Below, in pieces: positions 21,400 through 38,591 of a stretch of 64,000 nt of DNA. The notes under the pieces are model-generated. The model saw nothing but the letters and a program-made list of their open reading frames with translations, had not been told where the DNA came from and did not search any database. Source of the DNA: Escherichia coli (GTDB lineage Bacteria; Pseudomonadota; Gammaproteobacteria; Enterobacterales; Enterobacteriaceae). The translations under genes and the position numbers were made by a program. Where the stretch lies: NCBI RefSeq assembly GCF_009931435.1, contig NZ_CP043414.1; one strand, 5' to 3'. Numbering within the stretch: the first letter of the stretch is position 1; the number at the start of each line of letters is the position of its first letter.

Positions 21400-21416
21400 G
21401 TGGCATAAAAGATGCA
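21400..21416 (+). promoter_or_regulatory. Sigma54 (-24/-12) promoter of fdhF
   Basis: TGGCAT-N5-ATGCA at 21401-21416 matches TGGCAC-N5-TTGCA with exact GG-N10-GC spacing, about 50 bp upstream of the fdhF ATG. Confidence 0.75.
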
Positions 21417-21467
21417 TACTGTAGTCGAGAGCGCGTATGCGTGATTTGATTAACTGGAGCGAGACCG

Positions 21468-23615
21468 ATGAAAAAAGTCGTCACGGTTTGCCCCTATTGC
21501 GCATCAGGTTGCAAAATCAACCTGGTCGTCGATAACGGCAAAATCGTCCGGGCGGAGGCAGCGCAGGGCAAAACCAACCAGGGTACCCTGTGTCTGAAGG
21601 GGTATTATGGCTGGGATTTCATTAACGATACCCAGATCCTGACCCCGCGCCTGAAAACCCCCATGATTCGTCGCCAGCGTGGCGGCAAACTCGAACCTGT
21701 TTCCTGGGATGAGGCACTGAATTACGTTGCCGAGCGCCTGAGCGCCATCAAAGAGAAGTACGGTCCGGATGCCATCCAGACGACCGGCTCCTCGCGTGGT
21801 ACGGGTAACGAAACCAACTATGTAATGCAAAAATTTGCGCGCGCCGTTATTGGTACCAATAACGTTGATTGCTGCGCTCGTGTCTGACACGGCCCATCGG
21901 TTGCAGGTCTGCACCAATCGGTCGGTAATGGCGCAATGAGCAATGCTATTAACGAAATTGATAATACCGATTTAGTGTTCGTTTTCGGGTACAACCCGGC
22001 GGATTCCCACCCTATCGTGGCGAATCACGTAATTAACGCTAAACGTAACGGGGCGAAAATTATCGTCTGCGATCCGCGCAAAATTGAAACCGCGCGCATT
22101 GCTGACATGCACATTGCACTGAAAAACGGCTCGAATATCGCGCTGTTGAATGCAATGGGCCATGTCATTATTGAAGAAAATCTGTACGACAAAGCGTTCG
22201 TCGCTTCCCGTACAGAAGGCTTTGAAGAGTATCGTAAAATCGTTGAAGGCTACACGCCAGAGTCGGTTGAAGATATCACCGGCGTCAGCGCCAGTGAGAT
22301 TCGTCAGGCGGCGCGGATGTATGCCCAGGCGAAAAGCGCCGCCATCCTGTGGGGCATGGGTGTAACCCAGTTCTACCAGGGCGTGGAAACCGTGCGTTCT
22401 CTGACCAGCCTCGCGATGCTGACCGGTAACCTCGGTAAGCCGCATGCGGGTGTAAACCCGGTTCGTGGGCAAAACAACGTGCAGGGTGCCTGCGATATGG
22501 GCGCGCTGCCAGATACTTACCCTGGCTACCAGTACGTGAAAGATCCGGCTAACCGCGAGAAATTCGCCAAAGCCTGGGGTGTAGAGAGTCTGCCAGCACA
22601 TACCGGTTATCGCATCAGCGAGCTACCGCATCGCGCAGCGCATGGTGAAGTGCGTGCCGCGTACATTATGGGCGAAGATCCGCTACAAACTGACGCGGAG
22701 CTGTCGGCAGTACGTAAAGCCTTTGAAGATCTGGAACTGGTCATCGTTCAGGACATCTTTATGACCAAAACCGCGTCGGCGGCGGATGTCATTTTACCGT
22801 CAACGTCGTGGGGCGAGCATGAAGGCGTGTTTACTGCGGCTGACCGTGGCTTCCAGCGTTTCTTCAAAGCAGTTGAACCGAAATGGGATCTGAAAACGGA
22901 CTGGCAGATTATCAGTGAAATCGCCACCCGTATGGGTTATCCGATGCACTACAACAACACCCAGGAGATCTGGGATGAGTTGCGTCATCTGTGCCCGGAT
23001 TTCTACGGTGCGACTTACGAGAAAATGGGCGAACTGGGCTTCATTCAGTGGCCTTGTCGCGATACTTCAGATGCCGATCAGGGGACTTCTTATCTGTTTA
23101 AAGAGAAGTTTGATACTCCGAACGGTCTGGCGCAGTTCTTCACCTGCGACTGGGTAGCGCCAATCGACAAACTCACCGACGAGTATCCGATGGTACTGTC
23201 AACGGTGCGTGAAGTCGGTCACTACTCTTGCCGTTCGATGACCGGTAACTGTGCGGCACTGGCGGCGCTGGCTGATGAACCTGGCTACGCACAAATCAAT
23301 ACCGAAGACGCCAAACGTCTGGGTATTGAAGATGAGGCATTGGTTTGGGTGCACTCGCGTAAAGGCAAAATTATCACCCGTGCGCAGGTCAGCGATCGTC
23401 CGAACAAAGGGGCGATTTACATGACCTACCAGTGGTGGATTGGTGCCTGTAACGAGCTGGTTACCGAAAACTTAAGCCCGATTACGAAAACGCCGGAATA
23501 CAAATACTGCGCCGTGCGCGTCGAGCCGATCGCCGATCAGCGCGCCGCCGAGCAGTACGTGATTGACGAGTACAACAAGTTGAAAACTCGCCTGCGCGAA
23601 GCGGCACTGGCGTAA
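21468..23615 (+). CDS. fdhF: Formate dehydrogenase H (selenocysteine-containing molybdoenzyme), 715 aa including Sec at the in-frame TGA 21885-21887
   Basis: ORF track entries 21468..21887 and 21936..23615 are in the same frame, separated only by TGA and a short stretch; N-terminal CxxCxxGC motif; readthrough translation is continuous. Confidence 0.9.
21885..21930 (+). other. UGA-Sec codon plus SECIS hairpin (SelB-binding element) of fdhF
   Basis: TGA immediately followed by CACGGCCCATCGGTTGCAGGTCTGCACCAATCGGTCGGTAATGGCG, which can form the stem-loop expected for a bacterial SECIS. Confidence 0.8.
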
Positions 23616-23630
23616 TACAGTCCTTTCTAC

Positions 23631-23657
23631 AGCCTCCTTTCGGAGGCTGTTTTTTTA
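23631..23657 (+). terminator. Rho-independent terminator of fdhF
   Basis: AGCCTCC-TTTCG-GGAGGCT followed by TTTTTTT. Confidence 0.85.
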
Positions 23658-23708
23658 TCCATTCGAACTCTTTATACTGGTTACTCCCTACCCAATCGTA
23701 TTATCAAA

Positions 23709-24398
23709 ATGAAAAAAATTATCGCATTGATGTTGTTTTTGACATTCTTTGCCCACGCGAACGGCTCCGAGCCTGGCAGTCAGTATCTCAAGGCTGCAGA
23801 GGCTGGAGACCGACGCGCACAATATTTTCTTGCCGACAGCTGGTTTAGCTCCGGCGATTTGAGCAAAGCCGAATATTGGGCACAGAAAGCCGCCGACAGC
23901 GGTGATGCTGATGCCTGCGCGCTGTTGGCGCAGATCAAAATCACCAATCCGGTCAGTCTGGACTATCCACAAGCAAAAGTTCTTGCAGAGAAAGCGGCGC
24001 AAGCGGGCAGTAAAGAAGGTGAAGTAACGCTGGCGCATATTCTGGTAAATACGCAAGCGGGTAAACCGGATTATCCAAAGGCGATTTCGCTGTTAGAAAA
24101 CGCCTCGGAAGATCTGGAGAACGACTCTGCCGTCGATGCCCAAATGCTGCTTGGTTTGATTTACGCCAACGGCGTGGGCATTAAGGCCGACGATGACAAG
24201 GCAACCTGGTATTTCAAACGCAGCTCTGCGATTTCCCGAACCGGTTATTCCGAGTACTGGGCGGGAATGATGTTCTTAAATGGTGAAGAAGGTTTTATCG
24301 AGAAGAACAAACAGAAGGCGCTGCACTGGCTGAACCTGAGCTGTATGGAAGGGTTTGATACCGGGTGTGAAGAGTTTGAAAAATTAACTAACGGTTAA
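23709..24398 (+). CDS. yjcO: Sel1-repeat (TPR-like) periplasmic protein YjcO, 229 aa
   Basis: ORF track; signal peptide; repeated Sel1-like AxxWxxKAAxxG segments. Confidence 0.85.
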   Translation: MKKIIALMLFLTFFAHANGSEPGSQYLKAAEAGDRRAQYFLADSWFSSGDLSKAEYWAQKAADSGDADACALLAQIKITNPVSLDYPQAKVLAEKAAQAGSKEGEVTLAHILVNTQAGKPDYPKAISLLENASEDLENDSAVDAQMLLGLIYANGVGIKADDDKATWYFKRSSAISRTGYSEYWAGMMFLNGEEGFIEKNKQKALHWLNLSCMEGFDTGCEEFEKLTNG

Positions 24399-24450
24399 TG
24401 TAGGCCTGATAAGACGCGGCAAGCGTCGCATCAGGCATCCACACATTGCC
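24399..24450. repeat. REP element between yjcO and gltP
   Basis: TGTAGGCCTGATAAGACGCG...CGTCGCATCAGGC palindromic unit. Confidence 0.75.
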
Positions 24451-24476
24451 GGGTGTATGTCCCCGGCAATCCTCAA

Positions 24477-25790
24477 TTATTGATCCGCAGTTTTATCAAA
24501 TTTGCCCAGCACTTCGCGCTCATAAGCCAGCGCTTTCTTACGGTCAAATTTGTGTTCCCACTTGGCAATCACCAGCACCGCCAGCGCATTACCCACCACG
24601 TTCAGCGCAGTACGCGCCATGTCGAGGATACGGTCAACACCGGCAATAAACGCCAGACCTTCCAGCGGGATCCCTACGCTGCCCAGCGTTGCCAGCAACA
24701 CCACAAACGACACGCCCGGCACGCCAGCAATCCCTTTCGAGGTCACCATCAGCGTCAGCACCAGAATGATTTCCTGCCAGATGGACAGGTCAATGCCATA
24801 CAACTGCGCGATGAAAATAGCGGCAATACTTTGATACAGCGTCGAACCATCAAGGTTAAAAGAGTAACCGGTCGGCACCACGAAACTGGTGATCGACGCC
24901 GGTGCACCATAGGCTTCCATCTTCTCAATAATTCGCGGCAGCACGCTTTCAGAGCTGGCAGTGGAGTACGCCAGAATCAGCTCATCTTTCAGAATACGAA
25001 TCAGGATCCAGACGCTTAACCCACACAGGCGCGCCACAATTCCCAATACCACCAGCGCGAAGAACAGAATGGCGAAATGCACCAGCAGCACCAGTTTCGC
25101 CAGTGGCCACAGAGACGAGAAACCAAAGTTAGCCACCGTCACCGCAATCAGCGCAAACACACCCACCGGCGCATAACGCATCACCATATGAGTCACTTTA
25201 AACATGGTTTCAGAGATGGAGCGGAACACGGTCACCAGCGGTTCACGATGCGTCGCGGGCAGGGAGGAAAGCCCCAGACCAAACAGTACCGAGAAGAAGA
25301 TGATCGGTAACATTTCGCCTTTCGCCATCGACGCCACAATGTTCGTCGGCACCAGAGACAAAATCGTGCCCATAATACCGTGGGAACTGCTCTGTACCGC
25401 TTCTGTAGTGCTCTGATATTTCGAGATATCGACGGTTGCCAGCTGCGACATATCCACCCCGGCACCGGGCTGGAAGACGTTCGCCAGGGTGATCCCCAGA
25501 ATGATGGCGACAGTGGTGATCACCTCGAAATAGATAATGGTTTTCGCGCCAATACGCCCGAGCTGTTTGGCATCACCAACACCCGCAATACCCACCACCA
25601 GCGTGGAAATAACAATCGGCACAACAATCATTTTGATCAGATGGATGAAGATATCACCCGCCGGAGAGAGCAAATTGACGACCAGCCATTCGCGACTGTC
25701 GCTATGGTAGTGCAGGTAGCTTCCCAGGAGAATGCCCAGCACCATAGCAAACAGAATCTGCCAGGCCAGGCTGAATTTTATATTTTTCAT
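24477..25790 (-). CDS. gltP: Proton/glutamate-aspartate symporter GltP, 437 aa
   Basis: ORF track 24477..25913; start placed at ATG (complement 25788-25790) giving MKNIKFSLAWQILFAMVLGILLG. Confidence 0.9.
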   Translation of the reverse strand: MKNIKFSLAWQILFAMVLGILLGSYLHYHSDSREWLVVNLLSPAGDIFIHLIKMIVVPIVISTLVVGIAGVGDAKQLGRIGAKTIIYFEVITTVAIILGITLANVFQPGAGVDMSQLATVDISKYQSTTEAVQSSSHGIMGTILSLVPTNIVASMAKGEMLPIIFFSVLFGLGLSSLPATHREPLVTVFRSISETMFKVTHMVMRYAPVGVFALIAVTVANFGFSSLWPLAKLVLLVHFAILFFALVVLGIVARLCGLSVWILIRILKDELILAYSTASSESVLPRIIEKMEAYGAPASITSFVVPTGYSFNLDGSTLYQSIAAIFIAQLYGIDLSIWQEIILVLTLMVTSKGIAGVPGVSFVVLLATLGSVGIPLEGLAFIAGVDRILDMARTALNVVGNALAVLVIAKWEHKFDRKKALAYEREVLGKFDKTADQ

Positions 25791-26130
25791 CAGAATAACT
25801 TCCTCAATGGAGCGCCGTTCCCGTTCAGAAACGCGAGAACGTGACATACTGCCAGGGCATGAATTGTGTTGCGTTGGTTTGTAGATTTTTTTAACGCTTA
25901 TAATCAGTATCATTTGCGCGGTATGTTGCGCAACCCTTTAACAACAGAGCTTTTCGCTGCATTAATGCATAATAACGCGAGTTTATGGTAGGATTAATGA
26001 ATAACCATTTGTTATGGAAAGATTTTTATTTGTTTAATCTGCAATAATACTGATTGGTGATTATTTTTGGTATATGTTCATTCGATTGTTTTTTATGCAG
26101 CTCAATAACATAATCTTCATCACCAAATGA

Positions 26131-26727
26131 TTAATCTGATCTCCGCTGCAACAGTTTCGCCAAATTAATCGACTCGACCAGCTGTGTCCGGTTGATCCGG
26201 GGTGAGTTGAGATCCATCACTTTTTGCCATAGTTCGATGGCTTGCGCGTAATTCGCCTGCATAAACGCATCGGAAGCCAGCAGCATCAGAGCGGTGATTT
26301 CGTTAGAGTCCAGCGCGAGGGCTTTGTCGATCATTGCGCGAGTCTGGGCGGTCATATGCTGGCTGGCCTGGTAATAAAGCACCGTCGCCAGCGCCGCATA
26401 CAGTTCAGCGTTCTCACCACGTAATTGCAACGCCTGACGGTACGCCAGCAGCGAATTGCTGTAATCGTTTTGCCACAGATAATACTCGCCCAGTAACGCC
26501 CATTGTTCGCTGTTTTGTGGATTAGCGCGGATTTTATCCTGCAATGCCTGAAGCTGCGCTTCCGGGGTTTGCTGGCTGGCAAACTGATGTAGCGGATCGC
26601 GCTGACGCTGATACTCCGCACGCACCGCCTGCCATTTCTGGCTTAACAGATAACTGCCAACACAGAGAAATACCATCAATATCGTGAGTGTTGTCAGCAT
26701 CTTCACCGGTATTTGAGGCTGTTTCAT
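26131..26727 (-). CDS. nrfG: TPR-repeat heme lyase accessory protein NrfG, 198 aa
   Basis: ORF track 26131..26793; start at internal ATG ([10 protein letters not shown]) abutting the nrfF stop. Confidence 0.85.
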   Translation of the reverse strand: MKQPQIPVKMLTTLTILMVFLCVGSYLLSQKWQAVRAEYQRQRDPLHQFASQQTPEAQLQALQDKIRANPQNSEQWALLGEYYLWQNDYSNSLLAYRQALQLRGENAELYAALATVLYYQASQHMTAQTRAMIDKALALDSNEITALMLLASDAFMQANYAQAIELWQKVMDLNSPRINRTQLVESINLAKLLQRRSD

Positions 26728-27107
26728 CGCTTCGCCCTTACCCGCCAGAGGATCAAGGCCATCGCCAGTAACAACACCACTGGCAGCGCCCACAACACGA
26801 GCGTCTGACCGGTTAACGGTGGGTTATAGCGAACAAAATCTCCGTAACGTTCGGTCATCCAGCCAATGATTTCGACTTCACTTTTCCCCTCCGCCACCAT
26901 GCTGTAAACCTGATGGCGCATACTGACTGCCACCGGCGCATTGGATTCCAGTAAGTTCTGATTCTGGCACTGCGGGCAGCGTAACTGGCTGGCAATAGTT
27001 AACGCCTGTTCCTGTTGTTGCGGATTGGCGAATTGCCATGTGTCTACGACCTGAGCGCGCGCAAAACAGGTAAATAACAGCAGTAGCGTGAGAAGACCTT
27101 TATTCAT
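26724..27107 (-). CDS. nrfF: Cytochrome c-type biogenesis protein NrfF (CcmH-like), 127 aa
   Basis: ORF track; CxxC motif (LRCPQCQNQ). Confidence 0.9.
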   Translation of the reverse strand: MNKGLLTLLLLFTCFARAQVVDTWQFANPQQQEQALTIASQLRCPQCQNQNLLESNAPVAVSMRHQVYSMVAEGKSEVEIIGWMTERYGDFVRYNPPLTGQTLVLWALPVVLLLAMALILWRVRAKR

Positions 27108-28758
27108 CGCGCTTCCTTCCCCGCCATCCGCTTAACAATGCGCCCGCAATCATCAACAATCCTCCCCCCCAGATCCAGCGCACACCGCTTTGTACATACA
27201 AACGAAAAGCGTAACGATCCGCTCCGGTTTTCTCGCCCATGACCGCATACCAGTCATGGATGCCGTTCCAGCGAATTGCCGGTTCCATCATTTGCTGACG
27301 ACGTGCTTCGTAAAAACGCCGCTCCGGCGTCAGTTCACCAATGCGTTGCTGATGGTCAAACAGCGCCACTATCGCTTTTTCGCTGGTGTAATTACCTTTG
27401 GCTTGCAGATCGAGGCGCTCAAAACGGAAGGTATATCCTGCCAGAGTCACCTGCTGACCCGGCTGTAAATTCAGGCTGATCTCCTGACGGCTGACGCTTG
27501 AAACCACGATCCCCGCGGCAAATAACAGCACACCCGCATGCGCCAGCAGCGCCGGAAGCTGCACGCGTTTGCCAGAGACAAACGTCGTCAGCACAATCAC
27601 CACCAGCATCAACAGACCAAACGGTAACGTTGCGCGGTTAAAATATGGCGCACCAACGGAGAGGCGTCCCCAGCCCAGCAGGCCGTAAATCATCGGATAA
27701 AGCGTTCCCACCAGCACGATCAGTAGCACTGCGCAAAACAGCAACAGCGTAGCGAGGATTAACATTTCCCGCGATAACCCCGATAAACGCACCGCCGGGC
27801 CACCGTCCCGCGCTCGCCAGCCATACAGAGCCAGAGACGCAAGGCTAATCAACGCAAACAGGCTGAACAACGGCACGGCGCGGACGTTATCCAGTGCGAA
27901 CGCATGAACCGAAACCAGAATGCCAGAACGGACAATTAAGGTGCCCAGCAGCGACAGCATCAGAGTAACTATCGCCAGTAACAGCGACCAGTGGCGGAAA
28001 ATCCCCCGCTGGCGTGTCAGGGACAAACTGTGCAGCAGCGCAGTGGCAGAAAGCCAGGGTAATAAAGAGGCGTTTTCCACCGGATCCCAGAACCACCAAC
28101 CGCCCCAGCCCAGTTCGCAATAGGCCCACCAGGAACCAAGGATGATCCCCGCAGTTAATGCGCTCCAGCCAGGTAGTGCCCAATGCCAGCAAATTCGGGC
28201 GCTGACACAATCAAACTCGCCGCGCAGTAGACTCGCCAGCGCCACGCTCGCCGCTACCATCAAACCGCCATAGCCAAGGTAAAGCAGCGGTGGATGAAAG
28301 ATAAGACCGGGATGTTGCAGCATCGGATTGAGATCTCGGCCTTCGATTGCTGGCGGAAATATCCGCGCAAACGGATCGGACCACAGCACCACAAACAGCA
28401 ACAGTGCGGCGAGCATGAGAGATAAAACGGCTAATGTCAGCGGAAATAGCGGATCGGTTTGCTGCCGATAATGCCAGGCAAACAGCGCACTCCACGCGGA
28501 AAGGAGTAGCACCCAAAGTAGCAACGAACCTTCATGCCCTCCCCACACTGCCGCCAGTTTGAGTTCCCACGACAGCAGGCTGTAGCTATGTTGGGCGACA
28601 TAAATGACCGAGAAATCGCTGATGAGAAAACAATACGACAGTACGCCAAAAGCGATCAGCAGGAGCGCGAACTGTGCCAGAGTGCCGATGCAAGTGAGTC
28701 GCATCATGGCAGGCCAGCGCAACCGCACTCCCGCAAAGGTTGTCAACGGGGTCAACAC
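27100..28758 (-). CDS. nrfE: Heme lyase NrfE (CcmF-like), about 552 aa, probable GTG start
   Basis: ORF track 27100..28782 begins at a TTG; the GTG eight codons downstream (complement 28756-28758) gives VLTPLTTFAGVRLRW and the expected length. Start choice uncertain. Confidence 0.85.
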   Translation of the reverse strand: MLTPLTTFAGVRLRWPAMMRLTCIGTLAQFALLLIAFGVLSYCFLISDFSVIYVAQHSYSLLSWELKLAAVWGGHEGSLLLWVLLLSAWSALFAWHYRQQTDPLFPLTLAVLSLMLAALLLFVVLWSDPFARIFPPAIEGRDLNPMLQHPGLIFHPPLLYLGYGGLMVAASVALASLLRGEFDCVSARICWHWALPGWSALTAGIILGSWWAYCELGWGGWWFWDPVENASLLPWLSATALLHSLSLTRQRGIFRHWSLLLAIVTLMLSLLGTLIVRSGILVSVHAFALDNVRAVPLFSLFALISLASLALYGWRARDGGPAVRLSGLSREMLILATLLLFCAVLLIVLVGTLYPMIYGLLGWGRLSVGAPYFNRATLPFGLLMLVVIVLTTFVSGKRVQLPALLAHAGVLLFAAGIVVSSVSRQEISLNLQPGQQVTLAGYTFRFERLDLQAKGNYTSEKAIVALFDHQQRIGELTPERRFYEARRQQMMEPAIRWNGIHDWYAVMGEKTGADRYAFRLYVQSGVRWIWGGGLLMIAGALLSGWRGRKRDE

Positions 28759-28837
28759 GTTGACCCCAAGACTTAACAACAACGCCAGAAAACCGACTTC
28801 AGGAAGGAATACGTCCAGAAACCACCTCTTTTCTGGC

Positions 28838-29794
28838 TTACGCCACCGTTAACTGCCCGGCGTAGAGAATGAAAAAGCGCAGCATCAACACGCCGACCAG
28901 GCTGGCTCCACACGCCGCCAGCACGGCAGGAATGCCGGAACTACGATTCACCCACGGTTTGAGCAACATTGGCACAATCAGCCCCAGCCCGGCGACACCA
29001 AGCCAGAACCACCACGTCCAGAAACCACCGCCCAATGCTGCCACCAGCGCACGCACTTTGCCGTCATCGCCCAGCGCCAGTCCAACAAAAAACGCCACCA
29101 GCAGGAAGATTTCGCCCCATACCACAGGGATCTCCATACGGTGTACAAAGTGCGCTTCCGTGGAGTGCGGATTACTGCGCTGGCGTATCGCCATAGCGAT
29201 CAACGCCACCGCCGCACCGGACGAAATGCCGGAGAAGAGGAACAGCACCGGTAAAATCGGATTATTGAGGAACGGATATGATTTCAGCGCCGACAGCAGA
29301 AAGCCGGTATAAGCCCCCAGCAACACCGCCAGCACCAGCATTAGCGTTTCCAGTCCGCGGTGAACGGGCGTCAGCAGACTCAGAACCTTTTGTACGATCC
29401 CCAGCTTCGGCAACCAGCGTTGTTGCAGGGCAAGCAAATCATGTTCAAAGATTTTCGCCAGCCACAGCACCAGCACCACCATGTAGAGCTGAAACAGCAT
29501 CACCCCCATCGACATCACCGAGGTAAAACTGTAATGGAACATCAGCTTCCAGAAGGTCCACGGTCTTGTCAGGTGGAAGACGAGAATCAACAGACCGAGG
29601 ATCACCGCGCCAGGCCCGACAATCAGCGTGGTGCGCAACAACGTACTGTCTGCACCGCCCGCCTGCGGGTAGAAGCGACGTAACAGCACGGCCAGCGTCA
29701 CCAGACCGGCAGAAATACCAATCAAAAACAGGTAGATGGCAATCGGCCAGTCCCACACCAGCGATTCAAAATGAAATGCGGAAGTCTGCGTCAT
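28838..29794 (-). CDS. nrfD: Nitrite reductase membrane subunit NrfD, 318 aa
   Basis: ORF track; polytopic membrane protein; operon position. Confidence 0.9.
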   Translation of the reverse strand: MTQTSAFHFESLVWDWPIAIYLFLIGISAGLVTLAVLLRRFYPQAGGADSTLLRTTLIVGPGAVILGLLILVFHLTRPWTFWKLMFHYSFTSVMSMGVMLFQLYMVVLVLWLAKIFEHDLLALQQRWLPKLGIVQKVLSLLTPVHRGLETLMLVLAVLLGAYTGFLLSALKSYPFLNNPILPVLFLFSGISSGAAVALIAMAIRQRSNPHSTEAHFVHRMEIPVVWGEIFLLVAFFVGLALGDDGKVRALVAALGGGFWTWWFWLGVAGLGLIVPMLLKPWVNRSSGIPAVLAACGASLVGVLMLRFFILYAGQLTVA

Positions 29795-30462
29795 TGGCTC
29801 ACCTCCCCGTATTTAAACGGTACGCGGTACAGCTTCGGTTTGGTTCCCAGCGCCAGCTTGTAGCGGTAAGTGGGCTTCTGGCGTAGCAGTTGCGAAATCT
29901 CACTGTTGGGATCGTCCAGATTGCCAAACGTCAGCGCCTTCGTCGGGCAAGCCTCAACGCACGCAGGCAGCTTACCGGCCTGCAAATTGGTCTTACGGCA
30001 GAAATCGCATTTGTCCGCCGTCTTCGTGACCGGATGGATAAAGCGCACGCGGTACGGACAGGCGGCGATGCAGTACTGACAACCGACGCAGAGATCTGGG
30101 TTAACATCGACAATCCCGCTGGCAGCATCGCGAAAAGACGCACCCGTTGGGCAGACGTCAACGCACGGTGCATGGTCGCAGTGCTGGCAAGACTTACGAA
30201 AGAAGCGATATTTCACATCAGGAAATTCGCCCTGCGGCTCGCTACGAATAATTGTCAGGCGCGAGACGCCTTCCGGCACCTTGTTCACTTCCCGACAAGC
30301 ATCCATACAGGCAGTACAGCCGATGCATAACGACTCGTCATGCACCATGCCGTAACGCACCCCATTGATATTCAACGTTTTCGCCACCACGCGTCCTGCG
30401 GTGCCGCTGACGGCTGCCAGCACGCCGACGCCGGTGAGAAACTGGCGACGAGACCAGGTCAT
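29791..30462 (-). CDS. nrfC: Fe-S subunit NrfC (4Fe-4S ferredoxin-type), 223 aa
   Basis: ORF track; multiple CxxCxxCxxxCP motifs; Tat-like N-terminus (RRQFLTG). Confidence 0.9.
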   Translation of the reverse strand: MTWSRRQFLTGVGVLAAVSGTAGRVVAKTLNINGVRYGMVHDESLCIGCTACMDACREVNKVPEGVSRLTIIRSEPQGEFPDVKYRFFRKSCQHCDHAPCVDVCPTGASFRDAASGIVDVNPDLCVGCQYCIAACPYRVRFIHPVTKTADKCDFCRKTNLQAGKLPACVEACPTKALTFGNLDDPNSEISQLLRQKPTYRYKLALGTKPKLYRVPFKYGEVSQ

Positions 30463-31025
30463 GGCTGCTCCTTAAGCAACGGAACAGACGCCGGGTTAAA
30501 GTTCGGATTGGTGCGCTGATCGCTGTGGCAATCGACGCAAATCTTAATCCGTCCTTTGTCACTTAACGTCTGCATCGTATCTTGCTGTGGATGCAGGGAA
30601 TGGCAGCTGGCGCACGCCACTTTGGTTACGTGGACATCGTGCGGCCAGAACGCTTTTTGCAACTGTTCCGGCAGATGGCAGGACATACAGACGCTGTTCT
30701 GCTCTCCAACCTTGTACATCGGCTCGTTAAAGCGCATCACATCTTTCACCCCTTCGCGGTGTTGCGGTGATGGCTGGCCGTGACAGTTGGTGCAGGTGAC
30801 CGGCAGTTTGTTATTCGGGTTGATAACGGAAGCATGTTTGCCATGCATACCTTCGGTATCTGGTTTATGACAGTCCAGACAGGCGGCATCCGGGTTACGC
30901 TGCTGGGTAACTTCGTAGCGATCACCAGATGCCTGCGACGCAGGGGTAGCGGTAATTCCGTTCAGGCTCCACAACAGGCCCGACGCCAGCACCCCGGCAG
31001 TTAATAACGAACGTAATACGCTCAT
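30459..31025 (-). CDS. nrfB: Pentaheme cytochrome c NrfB, 188 aa
   Basis: ORF track 30459..31031 starts at GTG; ATG two codons in gives [16 protein letters not shown]; five CxxCH motifs. Confidence 0.9.
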   Translation of the reverse strand: MSVLRSLLTAGVLASGLLWSLNGITATPASQASGDRYEVTQQRNPDAACLDCHKPDTEGMHGKHASVINPNNKLPVTCTNCHGQPSPQHREGVKDVMRFNEPMYKVGEQNSVCMSCHLPEQLQKAFWPHDVHVTKVACASCHSLHPQQDTMQTLSDKGRIKICVDCHSDQRTNPNFNPASVPLLKEQP

Positions 31026-31070
31026 ATTCACTCCATTGTGTTTTCCGCCCCTTGCGAGGCGGAACGGGGG

Positions 31071-34858
<3,788 letters not shown>

Positions 34859-34865
34859 CTCTCAA

Positions 34866-34990
34866 TTACCGGATGCGATCCGGGCAACAAGTCGGAAACG
34901 ATTTGTAGGCCTGATAAGACGCGACAGCGTCGCATCAGGCATTGATTGCCGGATGCGGCGTATAACGCCTTATCCAGCCTACATTCGGCG
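34866..34990. repeat. REP/BIME cluster between acs and yjcH
   Basis: CCGGATGCGATCCGGGC and TGTAGGCCTGATAAGACGCG...CGTCGCATCAGGC units. Confidence 0.75.
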
Positions 34991-35070
34991 AGGGTTACCT
35001 GGGCGTTAACCCGCTCCCATAAGGGCGCGGGAATTAAAACAATCCCTACATTACCTCTGGAGAATCTGTG

Positions 35071-37031
<1,961 letters not shown>

Positions 37032-37209
37032 TCTCTCCCCTTCCCCGGTCGTCTGACCGGGGAATACTCTTCCTCTCCAATATGCATCATCTTTTCCCAT
37101 AATATTAAACAAATAAACTCATTAAAAAAATGAGCGATTTTTGACAGTCGTAGAAAATGATAATGCAGAGAATATGCCTTTTCTTTCTTGTTAATTATAA
37201 GGATATTTT

Positions 37210-38502
37210 ATGCGCTATAATGGTTTAAATAATATGTTTTTCCCTCTTTGCCTGATTAACGATAACCACCCTGTCACAAGTCCATCACATACAAAGAAAA
37301 CAGAATCAGATAATTATAGCAAACATCATAAAGACACGTTAATTGACAATAAAGCCCTCTCTCTTTTCAAAATGGATGATCATGAAAAAGTGATAGGCTT
37401 GATTCAGAAAATGAAAAGAACTTATGATACTTTACCATCAGGAAAAATCACTAAAGAAACGGACAGGAAAATTCATAAATATTTTATAGATATAGCTTTA
37501 TACGCAAGTAATAAATATGACGATAGAATTACGAGAAGAGTTTACCTTAATAAAGATAAGGAAGTGTCAATTAAGGTAGTGTATTTTATAAATAATGTCA
37601 CTGTCCATAATAATACTATCGAAATCCCACAGACAGTAAATGGTGGTTACGATTTTTCACACCTTAGCCTGAAAGGTATCAGGATTAAAGATGAAGATTT
37701 ATCCAATTCGGATTTTGCAGGTTGCAGACTACAAAATGCTATTTTCCAGGGCTGTAATATGTATCAAACGAATTTTAATTTTGCCATAATGGAAAAAATA
37801 ATTTTTGATAATTGTATTCTCGATGACTCAAATTTCGCTCAGATAAAAATGACTGACGGAACTCTAAATGCATGCTCCGCTATGCATGTTGAATTCTTCA
37901 ATGCAACAATGATTAGAGCTAAAATTAAAAATACCTTCCTTGACTATTCAAATTTTTATATGGCGTACATGGCTGAGGTGAATCTTTATAAAGTAATAGC
38001 GCCATATGTTAATTTATTTAGAGCCGACCTTAGTTTCTCTAAACTCGATTTAATTAACTTTGAACATGCTAATCTTTCTCGCGTCAACCTGAACAAAGCA
38101 ACCCTCCAGAATATAAACTTAATTAATAGCAAACTCTTTTTTACGCGGCTGACAAATACGTTCCTCGAAATGGTTATATGTACCGATTCTAATATGGCTA
38201 ATGCTAATTTTAATAATGCCAATTTAAGCAATTGCCATTTCAACTGTTCTATTTTAACAAAAGCCTGGATGTTTAATACCCGTTTCTATCGGGTTAATTT
38301 CGATGAGGCTATCGTCCAGGGAATGGGCATATCCATTCTCCGTGGGGAGGATAATATTCCCATTAATAGTGATATCCTGATAACACTACAGCAACTCTTT
38401 GAAGAGGATTGTGCCACTCATACTGGCATGTCACAAACTGAGCATAATATTCAGGAAGTGTCTATGAATACCACTGAAGATACTATGCAATACGCAGATT
38501 GA
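37210..38502 (+). CDS. yjcF: Pentapeptide-repeat protein YjcF, 430 aa, markedly AT-rich gene
   Basis: ORF track; translation rich in N/I/K/F with tandem pentapeptide-like repeats (ANLSRVNLNKATLQNINLINSKLFF, ANANFNNANLSNCHFN). Confidence 0.8.
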   Translation: MRYNGLNNMFFPLCLINDNHPVTSPSHTKKTESDNYSKHHKDTLIDNKALSLFKMDDHEKVIGLIQKMKRTYDTLPSGKITKETDRKIHKYFIDIALYASNKYDDRITRRVYLNKDKEVSIKVVYFINNVTVHNNTIEIPQTVNGGYDFSHLSLKGIRIKDEDLSNSDFAGCRLQNAIFQGCNMYQTNFNFAIMEKIIFDNCILDDSNFAQIKMTDGTLNACSAMHVEFFNATMIRAKIKNTFLDYSNFYMAYMAEVNLYKVIAPYVNLFRADLSFSKLDLINFEHANLSRVNLNKATLQNINLINSKLFFTRLTNTFLEMVICTDSNMANANFNNANLSNCHFNCSILTKAWMFNTRFYRVNFDEAIVQGMGISILRGEDNIPINSDILITLQQLFEEDCATHTGMSQTEHNIQEVSMNTTEDTMQYAD

Positions 38503-38591
38503 GATTAAGCCGAAGAATAGCCAATGAATTGACTTTAAAAGAGAGATACTCACGGACTTCTGACTTATTTATTTTAGAATCATGAATGTTA

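Noticed and set aside
21972-22601. 209-codon minus-strand ORF inside fdhF
   Set aside because: Antisense to fdhF; no support.
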